This document shows, piece after piece, positions 16,800-25,125 of a stretch of DNA of 64,000 bases. The position numbers and the translations under genes were made by a program. The notes beneath the pieces are model-generated. The model was not told the DNA's origin, made no database searches, and saw only the letters and a program-made list of their open reading frames with translations. The first letter of the stretch is position 1. Each line of letters opens with the position of its first letter. The DNA is from a virus, in the IMG/VR virus record IMGVR_UViG_3300028780_000001; one strand, written 5' to 3'.

Positions 16800-16905
16800 A
16801 GAGGGATCGCTCTAATTTTTCTGTTTGCGACGTCGAGAAACGTCGATATGATTCGGTCATGGGTTGCAGCACGGAGCCGCGACCGGATAGAAAGGAATAG
16901 AAATC
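16798..16905 (+). promoter_or_regulatory. early promoter-leader cassette
   Basis: TTAGAG 16798-16803/CTCTAA 16810-16815; -35 TTTGCG 16824-16829; TCGA 16833/16843; -10 TATGAT 16847-16852; AGAAAGGAATAGAAA 16889-16903. Confidence 0.65.
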
Positions 16906-17130
16906 ATGTCACAAGCCCAATACCTCGTTGCAGATAAAGCGGTAGAGGCGTATGACGCTTTCGTGTTCACTTCGGTTGGGCGCGAGTTCAATCAGGGCCG
17001 TGCCGACGTTCTGGCTTGGGTTGCTGCGGACGAATGTAAGAAAGCTGCGCGCGACAAGGCGCTGAACCATATGACTCAAATGTATTATCACGAGCAGGCG
17101 AAAAACTTCGTCGCGATCATTGCGGATTAA
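16906..17130 (+). CDS. hypothetical protein
   Basis: ATG after leader. Confidence 0.6.
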   Translation: MSQAQYLVADKAVEAYDAFVFTSVGREFNQGRADVLAWVAADECKKAARDKALNHMTQMYYHEQAKNFVAIIAD

Positions 17131-17220
17131 AGATCACGGCGCGTCGCGGGTTTCCAGTACCGATCAGGCGACGCGCAAAGAGCGCTGCGTTCGAGCGTGT
17201 GAATCCGACGGCACAAAGAG

Positions 17221-17255
17221 AAAGGCCCGAAGCGCTTATGACGCGACGGGCTTTT
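17221..17255. terminator. bidirectional terminator at convergent junction
   Basis: AAAGGCCCG...CGGGCTTTT: A-run 5' and T-run 3' of a GC stem. Confidence 0.5.
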
Positions 17256-17272
17256 GTGCTTTCAGACTCGCG

Positions 17273-17294
17273 CAAAGTTTATGCGCATAAAGTC
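17273..17294 (-). promoter_or_regulatory. GACTTTATGCGCATAAACTTTG element (inverted copy)
   Basis: 22/22 identical to 15840-15861 but on minus strand, immediately after stop of 17300-17827. Confidence 0.5.
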
Positions 17295-17299
17295 GACGG

Positions 17300-17827
17300 T
17301 TATCGGGGCTTCGTCGGCCAGGTCGAGTTCACGCTACCATGCATCGTGTCCATCGCGTTACCGGCTTGCGAACCGCCCACCTTGAACGCTTGACGCTGTT
17401 CGGTGAGTGCCGCGCCCGAGTTCGCCTTGGCCTTGATTTCTGCCTTCGCCTCGTCCATTACCGACGGGCTTTTGGTCGTGCGCAACTCGCCTTCAGGTTC
17501 GGTCTTCACGCCTTCGCCCACGATTGCGTGGTCGACGACCGGAACCTTCAATTCGACATGCTGTTCGCCAAACGATTCGCCCGTGTGCTCGACTTCGACG
17601 TTGATCACGCCTTGCGCCGGTTCGGTTGACGTGATGGTTGCGCCGATCACTTGCGGCTCGACAGCGGTCACAGGTTCTGTAGCGCCGATAGGCTTCACTT
17701 CAAGCGGATCGTTACCCGGCGTTGCGATCGACGCAACTGCAGCTTGAGCTTCGTTTGCAGCGGTCAATGCTGCCTGGACTGCTTGCGACTCGGTTACATC
17801 GGCTTCGGTTGATTGGACGTCGGACAT
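17300..17827 (-). CDS. strongly acidic protein
   Basis: About 20 D/E vs 3 K/R in first ~112 aa (hand count). Confidence 0.55.
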   Translation of the reverse strand: MSDVQSTEADVTESQAVQAALTAANEAQAAVASIATPGNDPLEVKPIGATEPVTAVEPQVIGATITSTEPAQGVINVEVEHTGESFGEQHVELKVPVVDHAIVGEGVKTEPEGELRTTKSPSVMDEAKAEIKAKANSGAALTEQRQAFKVGGSQAGNAMDTMHGSVNSTWPTKPR

Positions 17828-17937
17828 ATCATTTTCCTTACAATTGATTAGAGCCCTTTAGACGGGCCGTTGGGAATTTTGGCTACCCTATCCTTAGTAG
17901 AACATCACGAACGGAAAGGATGCCGTGCTAACGCGAT

Positions 17938-18837
17938 TTAGCTGGCATTTTCAGAAGGTGTTTCGCCTCTCATTTTCGCCTCGAACGCGATCGCTTCTGG
18001 CGAACCAGGCGAAGGGTGTTTGAAAGCTTGCGGATTGCCCTCGCTCGAACCCGGATCGCGGTCCAGTTCGTCGCGATAGAAATCGTCGAGCGACTTCGTT
18101 GCCTTCGTCGTTCCCGCCTCGTCGACGACCGTAATTCCGTAGATCACCTGAAGCGAATCGATAGCCTTGGCGCGAACGGTCTCGCGCACAAACGGATTGT
18201 TGAGCAGCGACAACCAATGCCAAATGGCGTGCTTGACCGAAAACATGCGCGAAAGCGGCGTGGCGCCGAAGCGCTTGGCGAACACCTGGCGATAGACGAT
18301 GTTGTGCTCAAGCGCTTCGATGCGCGCGAACAGGTGCATGTCGCCGTAGTCGGTGCCAAAGACGCGGATGAATGCCCGCTCTGGATTCCAACCCATCACG
18401 CGGTAGTCGGCGTAGTCGCTGATCAGTCCGATATTGTCGTTGGCAAACCCCTGATCGCGAAAGGCTCTGGCGGGCTGCACCTCACTCGTGACGATATCGC
18501 GCTCGCGGTTCTCGTCCATCCATTCGTCGAGGTTTTTGGCGACATCGCCGCGAGTCGAATCGTTAAGCGCCTTGACCGCAGCTTCGAATTCTCCCGGCGA
18601 GCGCGTGTCGTGGACTTCCCAGTTATCCGGCTTCTTGTCGGGCATGCGGGATTCACGCTTTGTCCGGGCTGCAGACTTAGCCGCGACCTTCAAACGCTCT
18701 TCGTGCGTATCCAGTGCGGGATTGACCGGCTTTATGCGGTTCGGTGCCTTGGGCTTGGCTGGCGTGATGCGTTTAGCCGCTGCGCTCGTACTGGCGTTCT
18801 TTCCGGGCTGCTTGGGCGTCTTTGGGCGTTCGGTCAT
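17938..18837 (-). CDS. hypothetical protein with basic disordered N-terminus
   Basis: 299-aa ORF; no recognisable motif. Confidence 0.55.
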   Translation of the reverse strand: MTERPKTPKQPGKNASTSAAAKRITPAKPKAPNRIKPVNPALDTHEERLKVAAKSAARTKRESRMPDKKPDNWEVHDTRSPGEFEAAVKALNDSTRGDVAKNLDEWMDENRERDIVTSEVQPARAFRDQGFANDNIGLISDYADYRVMGWNPERAFIRVFGTDYGDMHLFARIEALEHNIVYRQVFAKRFGATPLSRMFSVKHAIWHWLSLLNNPFVRETVRAKAIDSLQVIYGITVVDEAGTTKATKSLDDFYRDELDRDPGSSEGNPQAFKHPSPGSPEAIAFEAKMRGETPSENAS

Positions 18838-18871
18838 GGCCGCGAGGATCGTCGAGATTCGATAGGATTCG

Positions 18872-18898
18872 ATTATACCGACATTGGGCGCTTGTCAA
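18872..18898 (-). promoter_or_regulatory. sigma70-consensus hexamers, 15-nt spacer
   Basis: Minus strand TTGACA (18898-18893) and TATAAT (18877-18872) upstream of ATG 18837. Confidence 0.45.
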
Positions 18899-19133
18899 GC
18901 TAAAAAGTTCGATACGGCTATGCAGCGGTAGAAAACTGACGATTGCATTACTGCAAAACAATATAGCCTTTCAGTTTGCCGCAAGTGTTTGATTTGATAG
19001 CAAATTACGTTCCTTACACAGTTGACATAATGAATTCTATCGATCTTTCAGTGTGCAGGCGTATTGAAAGAATATGACAAGTGTCGCTTGTCACTTTACG
19101 GTCTAGTTGGGATATCCAGCACTCTTGACTCTC

Positions 19134-19312
19134 TCAACTATCCGTTCAACTTTCGAAAGTCCAAGCCAGCAAACGGATTGCGGTTGATAGTTGTATATAT
19201 ATATAATTGTATGATCTATATATATATATATATACATTACACACCCATATGCTTTGGGCGGTATTTTTAACTTCCACTCCAACTAACTTGCCAACTATCA
19301 AAGTCACAACTA
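19134..19312. repeat. AT-rich origin-like region: TA tracts and CAACTA iteron-like repeats
   Basis: (TA)6 19194-19205, (TA)9 19217-19234; YCAACTW at 19134, 19146, 19279, 19291, 19306; inverted GTTGATAGTTG 19183-19193. Confidence 0.5.
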
Positions 19313-19551
19313 TTCGCGGCAATGTCCAGTATATTCAACAACCTGCGCGGACATCCTCAAGTATTTCCTTAGCTATTCACTCGACGTCACGCCTTTGCCA
19401 TGGCTTCGCGGCTCTCAGGTGTGACCTTCCGACGCCGGGCAGCAGACAGGGCGTTCCTATACCCATAGAAGCGACAGTGGAAGGTTCGCGCAGTGCTTCC
19501 AATGGAAAAGCCGCCCGAAGGCGACCTGACCACATACACGCCGCACATAGA

Positions 19552-21186
19552 CTAGAATCCCGTAACCTTGGCTTTCCGGGGCGTACCGGTCGCGGAGTCG
19601 ACATGACCGTCCCCCTCGAAATCTTTCATATTCCCTACTTCTTCATCGAACGACTTGACGTCCGTAAACTGGCTAAACAGATACCCGGCATAGCCGCCCG
19701 TGAACAGGTGCTCTTTCGCGCCAAGCGCGAGCATCTTTGGCCGAAGGTGTTTCCAGAACGGTTTGACGTGTTTAAGCGTATCCTGAAAAAACATCTTGAA
19801 CTCGCTGGTCTTGACCCCAATACAGCGGTGACCGCCTACCTTACGAATCCATACGAACTTGCCGGGAAACTGCTTCAGCATTTCAACCAGGTAGATGTCA
19901 AACACATCGTCGTTGATCGTGCCTCTATCCTGAGACATTTCCGTGATGCTGAAGTCAAATACCCTCTTCGACACCCGTCGAACCATGTCGCGGTACTCGT
20001 CGATGCCGTTCGACTCGATCCATGCGCGGGCTTCTGCCATGATCTGCCAGAGGTTTTCGCGCACAAGGGAAAAGTCGGCCTTGAAATCCTGCTTCCATTG
20101 CTGCTTACCGGCGACGTCGGGCAACTGGCCACAGAACATCGGGTAAAAGCGACGATTGCCGGTGTCGTCCCGTAACAGACCCTCGTACTTGTTCGCATCC
20201 ATGATCGTAATCCACTGGCGCGGTTGATGAATGACGCCCTCGAACTTGTACGAGAACTTGTCATGCGTACGTGTGATGGTGTCTTTCATGCGATTCAGGT
20301 CGGATTTTGAGAAGCCGCTCATTTCGCCGACCGAGGCTATCACCGACTGACCCGTGATTTCACGAAGGAAATCGACCTTGTTGCCGTCGAGATTAAGCTG
20401 AACGCTATCCGACTCAGGATCGCCCGTCACGATGCGCGTCAACAGCTTTCCGAAGTAGGATTTACCGCACCCTTGCGAACCGATCAGCGTCAGGACGATC
20501 GGCGCTTCTTCGCCGGGAAACATGCAGCGACAATAAAGAGACAGCCAGAAGTAGAAGCCGAACTCCTTGTTGAGCGGCGTTGTCTGGCTGTCGAACATAT
20601 CGATCAGGGCCGTCTGCATGCGATCAACCCCATCCCATTCCGGGATCAGCTTCTCAAGCCTGACCTTCAGGTCATTCTGGCGATTCCGCAGCGCGTACTG
20701 GCGCACGGCCTTGATGACCTTGTCGAGTTCCAGCTTACGCAACCCTACAGCATTGTAAGCGTCCAGATAGTCGGTACCATCATAAAAATCATCCATGATG
20801 ACACCCTTGTGATCGACGATCCGGCCGCGAAACTCGTCGAAGTGCGGGCGCTGGCCGGTACCCTTGAACAGGTAGTCGAGCACGATGCGCTTGTTCGTAT
20901 CGGTCGGTTCCGGCATGGCGATAAACATGTCGCCCATGCGAACCTTTTTGATGTCCGCGAACTGGATAACATCGGCGATTTCCTTGCCGCGCTCCACCAG
21001 TGATTCAATCTTGACGGCTTCCTCGACCCGTTGCTCTTTTTCCCGGTATGCAACGACGCGCGCGGCCTTCTGTTCGGTCGCCACCTCTTCGGCCTGCTCT
21101 GCATAGCCCTGCGCTTCCAGTTCGAACATGTCGATCGTCTGGTTGTCCTCTTCGACTTCGCTAGGTTTGGTAATTTTTCGTGCCAT
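19552..21186 (-). CDS. VapE/D5-type primase-associated helicase
   Basis: Walker A LIGSQGCGKSYFGKLL; size and context. Confidence 0.75.
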   Translation of the reverse strand: MARKITKPSEVEEDNQTIDMFELEAQGYAEQAEEVATEQKAARVVAYREKEQRVEEAVKIESLVERGKEIADVIQFADIKKVRMGDMFIAMPEPTDTNKRIVLDYLFKGTGQRPHFDEFRGRIVDHKGVIMDDFYDGTDYLDAYNAVGLRKLELDKVIKAVRQYALRNRQNDLKVRLEKLIPEWDGVDRMQTALIDMFDSQTTPLNKEFGFYFWLSLYCRCMFPGEEAPIVLTLIGSQGCGKSYFGKLLTRIVTGDPESDSVQLNLDGNKVDFLREITGQSVIASVGEMSGFSKSDLNRMKDTITRTHDKFSYKFEGVIHQPRQWITIMDANKYEGLLRDDTGNRRFYPMFCGQLPDVAGKQQWKQDFKADFSLVRENLWQIMAEARAWIESNGIDEYRDMVRRVSKRVFDFSITEMSQDRGTINDDVFDIYLVEMLKQFPGKFVWIRKVGGHRCIGVKTSEFKMFFQDTLKHVKPFWKHLRPKMLALGAKEHLFTGGYAGYLFSQFTDVKSFDEEVGNMKDFEGDGHVDSATGTPRKAKVTGF

Positions 21187-21191
21187 ATCGA

Positions 21192-22193
21192 CTACGCTCC
21201 GATTCTTTCAGACAGTAATCCTGTCATTTTCAATGTTTGTCGACCGTTCTCGAATGTCTTAGAGATTTCACGAAGCAAATCTCGACCGTGAATTTCTTCG
21301 ATTCCTATATCACTTCCCGTTAAGTACTTACCCTCGTTCATTACAACGGTGACGCCGGAAGTACTTATTACCGATTTACTATTCGGAGATTCGAGCCACC
21401 CCAAAAACACGTTACGGGTGAAAACTTCAGTCATTCCGCTGTCGATAAGATGCGGCCCATCGAAGTCGATTTCGTAACGGTCGGATTTATATAAACGCTT
21501 GATTCTCCGCTCCACGTCGGCGCATAGTCGACCATCTTCGAAATGAACAAGCGATCGAAGCGGCATAGATAATCCTTCGATCGCACCGAATTGAGAGGCT
21601 CTATTTGCCGGTTCGAAGTTAGTAATTCCAATCTTGAAATTTCCAGGACGAATAATCCCACCTTCACTCAGGAATTCACGAGAGTACAGGAACCCTGGAA
21701 TGTCTGGATTGAACCCTCCCGTACCGCGCTCCATATGGACGCATATCTCGTCAAGCCACCTATTTCTCCACGCAGCGTCGTACGCACTCATTGACCCCTT
21801 CTTAAATTCGTTCCGAGTCCTACACCCCTTAGCTTCCAACCTGCACGTTTCTAATGTCCATGTCGTACGGACCTTTTCCATATGAGCGCATATCTCGTCA
21901 AGCCAACCATTATTCCGCGCGGCTTGGTATATACCACTTGACCCCTTCTGAAATTCGTACCGCGTCCGATACCCCTTAGCTTCTGACTTGCACCTTTCGA
22001 AGGTCCACGCCGTACGGACCTTTTCCATATGAGCGCAGATTTCATCAATCCACCTATTTCGAAAAGCGGCTTGGTATGTACCACCTGACCCCTTCTGAAA
22101 TTCGTACCGCGTCCGATACTTCGCCGCTTCTGACTTGCACCTTTCGAAGGTCCATTTTGCCGGGAGACCCATCCCCTCAAATCCTCGCGTCAA
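21192..22193 (-). CDS. T5orf172/GIY-YIG-like homing-endonuclease-like protein with 3 N-terminal repeats
   Basis: C-terminal GFLYSREF...FKIGITNFEPANRASQF; three 49-aa WTFERCKSEA...ICAHMEKVRT repeats. Confidence 0.6.
   Translation of the reverse strand: MTRGFEGMGLPAKWTFERCKSEAAKYRTRYEFQKGSGGTYQAAFRNRWIDEICAHMEKVRTAWTFERCKSEAKGYRTRYEFQKGSSGIYQAARNNGWLDEICAHMEKVRTTWTLETCRLEAKGCRTRNEFKKGSMSAYDAAWRNRWLDEICVHMERGTGGFNPDIPGFLYSREFLSEGGIIRPGNFKIGITNFEPANRASQFGAIEGLSMPLRSLVHFEDGRLCADVERRIKRLYKSDRYEIDFDGPHLIDSGMTEVFTRNVFLGWLESPNSKSVISTSGVTVVMNEGKYLTGSDIGIEEIHGRDLLREISKTFENGRQTLKMTGLLSERIGA
21714..22154 (-). repeat. 3 x 147-bp in-frame tandem repeat
   Basis: Units 22154-22008, 22007-21861, 21860-21714; long identical nucleotide runs between units 1 and 2. 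Confidence 0.8.
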
Positions 22194-22521
22194 ACGAATA
22201 ACTCACATACTGCGGCGCTTCGAGCCCGGCCGCGAACTTTGCGACTTCCTCTTTGGTCGGCTGCACGATCTTGAACGACACTTCGCGCGCCGGTTTCATC
22301 GGCCACACCGACAGACACCACGCTTGCGGATTGTTTGCGGAGGCATCATGTGAGCGCTCGACGCAGTTCGCCCAACGACCCATTGCATATTCGAACGCGA
22401 CGTCGATCGAAGACGCCTTGACGCAGTCAATCACCTTTCCCGTTTCGCCGTCATTCCGTGACTTCCGCACGACATACCATTCGATCGACCTGGCGTCCAT
22501 AATCCTTTCTTTATCAATCAT
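22177..22521 (-). CDS. hypothetical protein
   Basis: ATGA overlap with upstream gene. Confidence 0.5.
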   Translation of the reverse strand: MIDKERIMDARSIEWYVVRKSRNDGETGKVIDCVKASSIDVAFEYAMGRWANCVERSHDASANNPQAWCLSVWPMKPAREVSFKIVQPTKEEVAKFAAGLEAPQYVSYSFDARI

Positions 22522-23726
22522 TTGACAATCTCCGAATATTCAGATAATGCAAAGTCCTGTTGCTGGCGGTTGCGGATTTCCAGCAGGTCGGTGATGTAAC
22601 GTATCACGATGTAATCGACAAATGTCGACCAGGTGCGTTTGTTGGTCTTGCGACAGGTGTCATGCGCGCAACCGAACACGTAGTCGTATTCGGCGCCGGG
22701 AATGCGATCGCGGAAGTAGGCGCCTCCGGTATCGCCGTTAGAGTGCTCGTCTCCCCACGGGCATTGAATGCGGTACTTGCCGCTCATGTTCTGGACGACG
22801 GCTCCGTTCGAGCCCTCACCCATTTGCATGTCGTCAAGGATTTTGACGGCCAGCTTCAGCCAATAGTGATTGAACCAGTCGTCGATATCGGCGTTGGCGA
22901 GTTCAGATTCGCTTCGGACCTTTGCGACGGGCTTGACCACTGAAAATCCAAAGCGTGCTGCGATATGAGCAATTCCATACCGTCTCGCATAGTCTGCACA
23001 AACCAGTCGAGCTCGATACGGATTTTCTCCCGCTGCTCCGGTGTCATTTGATAAGGGATACTTAAGGGTTCCATCAGGCTTACGTTTGTTATTGATCCCC
23101 ACGGGCATCCGGCCATAGCGCGAGACGTCTCGAATCGTGGTGTCTCCGCCCTTTTTGACAAGTACTCCCGCGACGAATCCGGTAAGGAACGCTTTAAACT
23201 GAACCATGTCGGCGCAAGGCTCATCCAGGAAGTACCAGCATTGATAGTTGTTGGGGGAAGTCTCAACGATGGCAGTAGGCTCAAGTACTCGTCGAATATC
23301 GTCAAGTCCGAGTCCGCCTTTGGACCCAGTGCCTGTGCCGACATCGTCAACCATGAGTGCAAGCCCATGGCCGAAAGACTGTTCGCCGCGCCAGTAGCGC
23401 ATTTGTCCGGTGCGCGGGTTGGGTGTTTTGATGGACGATGAAATGCACGCATAGCAGTTGTCGTTCCCATTGATGTACTTGCCGTCTGACCACGCGACCG
23501 GCCACCATCCGGCATTCAGTTTCTTGCCGTCCGCGTCGACCTGTACCGTTGCTTCCCTGGCATAACCAACCATCACCCGCTCTTCTTCGGGTATGCCCCT
23601 ACCGAGTTCTCGAAGAAACTCTTCGGCCATGGCTACCTGTTCACGCAAGTTCAATTTCTGGTCCCTTTCTAGTCTTTCGTCGACAAGTGGCGATCTTACG
23701 CTACCGCTTTTCGGTAAGCAATACAT
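22518..23726 (-). CDS. primase-polymerase-like protein with C-terminal Cys/His cluster
   Basis: LMVDDVG, VETSPNNYQCWYF (AEP-like by eye), CPWGDEHS...CAHDTC; ORF extends to 23891 but that would overlap the divergent gene and promoters. Confidence 0.45.
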   Translation of the reverse strand: MYCLPKSGSVRSPLVDERLERDQKLNLREQVAMAEEFLRELGRGIPEEERVMVGYAREATVQVDADGKKLNAGWWPVAWSDGKYINGNDNCYACISSSIKTPNPRTGQMRYWRGEQSFGHGLALMVDDVGTGTGSKGGLGLDDIRRVLEPTAIVETSPNNYQCWYFLDEPCADMVQFKAFLTGFVAGVLVKKGGDTTIRDVSRYGRMPVGINNKRKPDGTLKYPLSNDTGAAGENPYRARLVCADYARRYGIAHIAARFGFSVVKPVAKVRSESELANADIDDWFNHYWLKLAVKILDDMQMGEGSNGAVVQNMSGKYRIQCPWGDEHSNGDTGGAYFRDRIPGAEYDYVFGCAHDTCRKTNKRTWSTFVDYIVIRYITDLLEIRNRQQQDFALSEYSEIVK

Positions 23727-23756
23727 AGTTGTGAAAAATTCCCCAACTTTTACCGG

Positions 23757-23847
23757 TTGAAATCTCGACGGTTCTCGACTACTATCCATATGCCCGGTGT
23801 GCGCCGGGTCCGCTTGTTGCGGTGAACACCAAAAGAAAGGCTTAGAA
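23757..23847 (+). promoter_or_regulatory. cassette-type promoter + leader for helicase operon
   Basis: -35 TTGAAA 23757-23762, 17-nt spacer with TCGA 23765/23775, -10 TACTAT 23780-23785; AGAAAGGCTTAGAAA then ATG 23848. Confidence 0.6.
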
Positions 23848-25047
23848 ATGTCAAATATGAGCGACGTGCCCGGCAAGACCTTTTCGTTCAACGAAGGCCA
23901 GCTAGAAGCAATCCGCCTGATAAAGAAGTGGTATAGCGATTACGTATTGGGGCGCACGACGAAGCAGTGTTTCTTCCTGAACGGCGACGCGGGCACGGGC
24001 AAGACGTCGGTCGCGAAGGCTGCTGCGATCGAGTGCATGGGTGGCGAGTCGATGCTGTACCGCGTCAAGTTCATTGCGCCGACGGGTAAGGCTGCGTCGC
24101 GGCTGCGTCAGAAAGGATGTGCGGGCGCCGGTACGCTTCACCAGTTCGTTTATCGCGTGCTGGGTGAAGACGAAGAGGGCGACCCGCAATTTATGGAGAA
24201 GGTGAAGCACGACGAGAATCCGTCGCTCGTGGTGTGTGATGAGATTTCGATGATCACCGCATACGACTTTGGTACTGTCAGGCGTCGCGGTATTCCCATC
24301 CTGCAACTGGGTGACCTGAAGCAGGTACCGCCGGTCAAGGGTACGCCGTGCGTGACGCATCAGGATGCCGATTACACCCTGACCGAGACCATGCGCCAGG
24401 TAGATGAAAACGGCCAGCCCAAGCCATTGTCGAACATTATCCGGGCTGCGATGTTTCTGAGCGAAGGCAAACAGTTGCCGTGTCGCGAGTATGACGACGT
24501 CCAGGTGCGCGCCGGTATGCCGCCAATCGCCGATCTTCTGGCGCACGTCGACGAGAACGCCCAAATCCTGTGTTCGTACAATTCGACTCGCGTCGGCATC
24601 AACACCGACATCAGGAAGGCGCTTGGATTTGACGGCCCCACGCCGCAAGTGGGAGAAAAGGTAATGTGCTGGTTTAATCAGCATGGCAAGAATTTCATGA
24701 ATGGTGAGCAGGGGATCGTGCTGGGGTATCGTGAGCCCGACACGGAAGAGTGCGCCGAGGGCGACGCGCCGCAAATGCTAATGCTTACACTGCGCTCGCT
24801 CACCGACGGCCGTGAGCGTACGGTAAAGTTCAACCCCCTATCGTTCGACGCGGACGACGCGGTTGCCAAGGAAGCGCTCAAGGCGCCCGGTGGATTCCAG
24901 TTCGGGTATTGCTGCACGGCACACAAGGCCCAAGGTTCTGAGTGGGATCGCGTACTCGTGATCGAAGAGCGCATGGGTGATTACGCCAAGTTGGGCTACA
25001 CAAAGGCTACACGGGCTGCGAAGAATCTTCGCTGGTATCGGCCATAG
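23848..25047 (+). CDS. Dda/RecD-like SF1 DNA helicase
   Basis: GDAGTGKTS Walker A, VVCDEISM, TAHKAQGSEWDRVLV. Confidence 0.8.
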   Translation: MSNMSDVPGKTFSFNEGQLEAIRLIKKWYSDYVLGRTTKQCFFLNGDAGTGKTSVAKAAAIECMGGESMLYRVKFIAPTGKAASRLRQKGCAGAGTLHQFVYRVLGEDEEGDPQFMEKVKHDENPSLVVCDEISMITAYDFGTVRRRGIPILQLGDLKQVPPVKGTPCVTHQDADYTLTETMRQVDENGQPKPLSNIIRAAMFLSEGKQLPCREYDDVQVRAGMPPIADLLAHVDENAQILCSYNSTRVGINTDIRKALGFDGPTPQVGEKVMCWFNQHGKNFMNGEQGIVLGYREPDTEECAEGDAPQMLMLTLRSLTDGRERTVKFNPLSFDADDAVAKEALKAPGGFQFGYCCTAHKAQGSEWDRVLVIEERMGDYAKLGYTKATRAAKNLRWYRP

Positions 25048-25078
25048 TCTGTACTGACGATTCTTGATCAACCCAGCA

Positions 25079-25114
25079 CGGCCCGAAGTGTAGAACAGAA
25101 CCCTCTTCGGGCCG
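25079..25114 (+). terminator. stem-loop (terminator-like, weak U-tract)
   Basis: CGGCCCGAAG 25079-25088 pairs CTTCGGGCCG 25105-25114. Confidence 0.45.
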
Positions 25115-25125
25115 CTATTCAAGGA

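Noticed and set aside
16680-16937. 85-aa plus-strand ORF
   Set aside because: It reads straight through a strong terminator hairpin and a complete promoter cassette, then overlaps the cassette-driven gene starting at 16906.
18016-18903. 295-aa plus-strand ORF
   Set aside because: It is fully antisense to 17938-18837. Arg-rich translation is typical of the wrong frame in CpG-rich DNA.
19207-20175. 322-aa plus-strand ORF
   Set aside because: It starts inside the TA-repeat, AT-rich region and runs antisense to the well-supported VapE/D5-type helicase gene. It has no RBS and its composition mirrors the opposite strand.
23727-23891. N-terminal 55 codons of the longest primase-like ORF
   Set aside because: This stretch would overlap the divergent helicase start codon, its leader and both promoters. 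The internal ATG at 23726 is preferred, but this is unverified.
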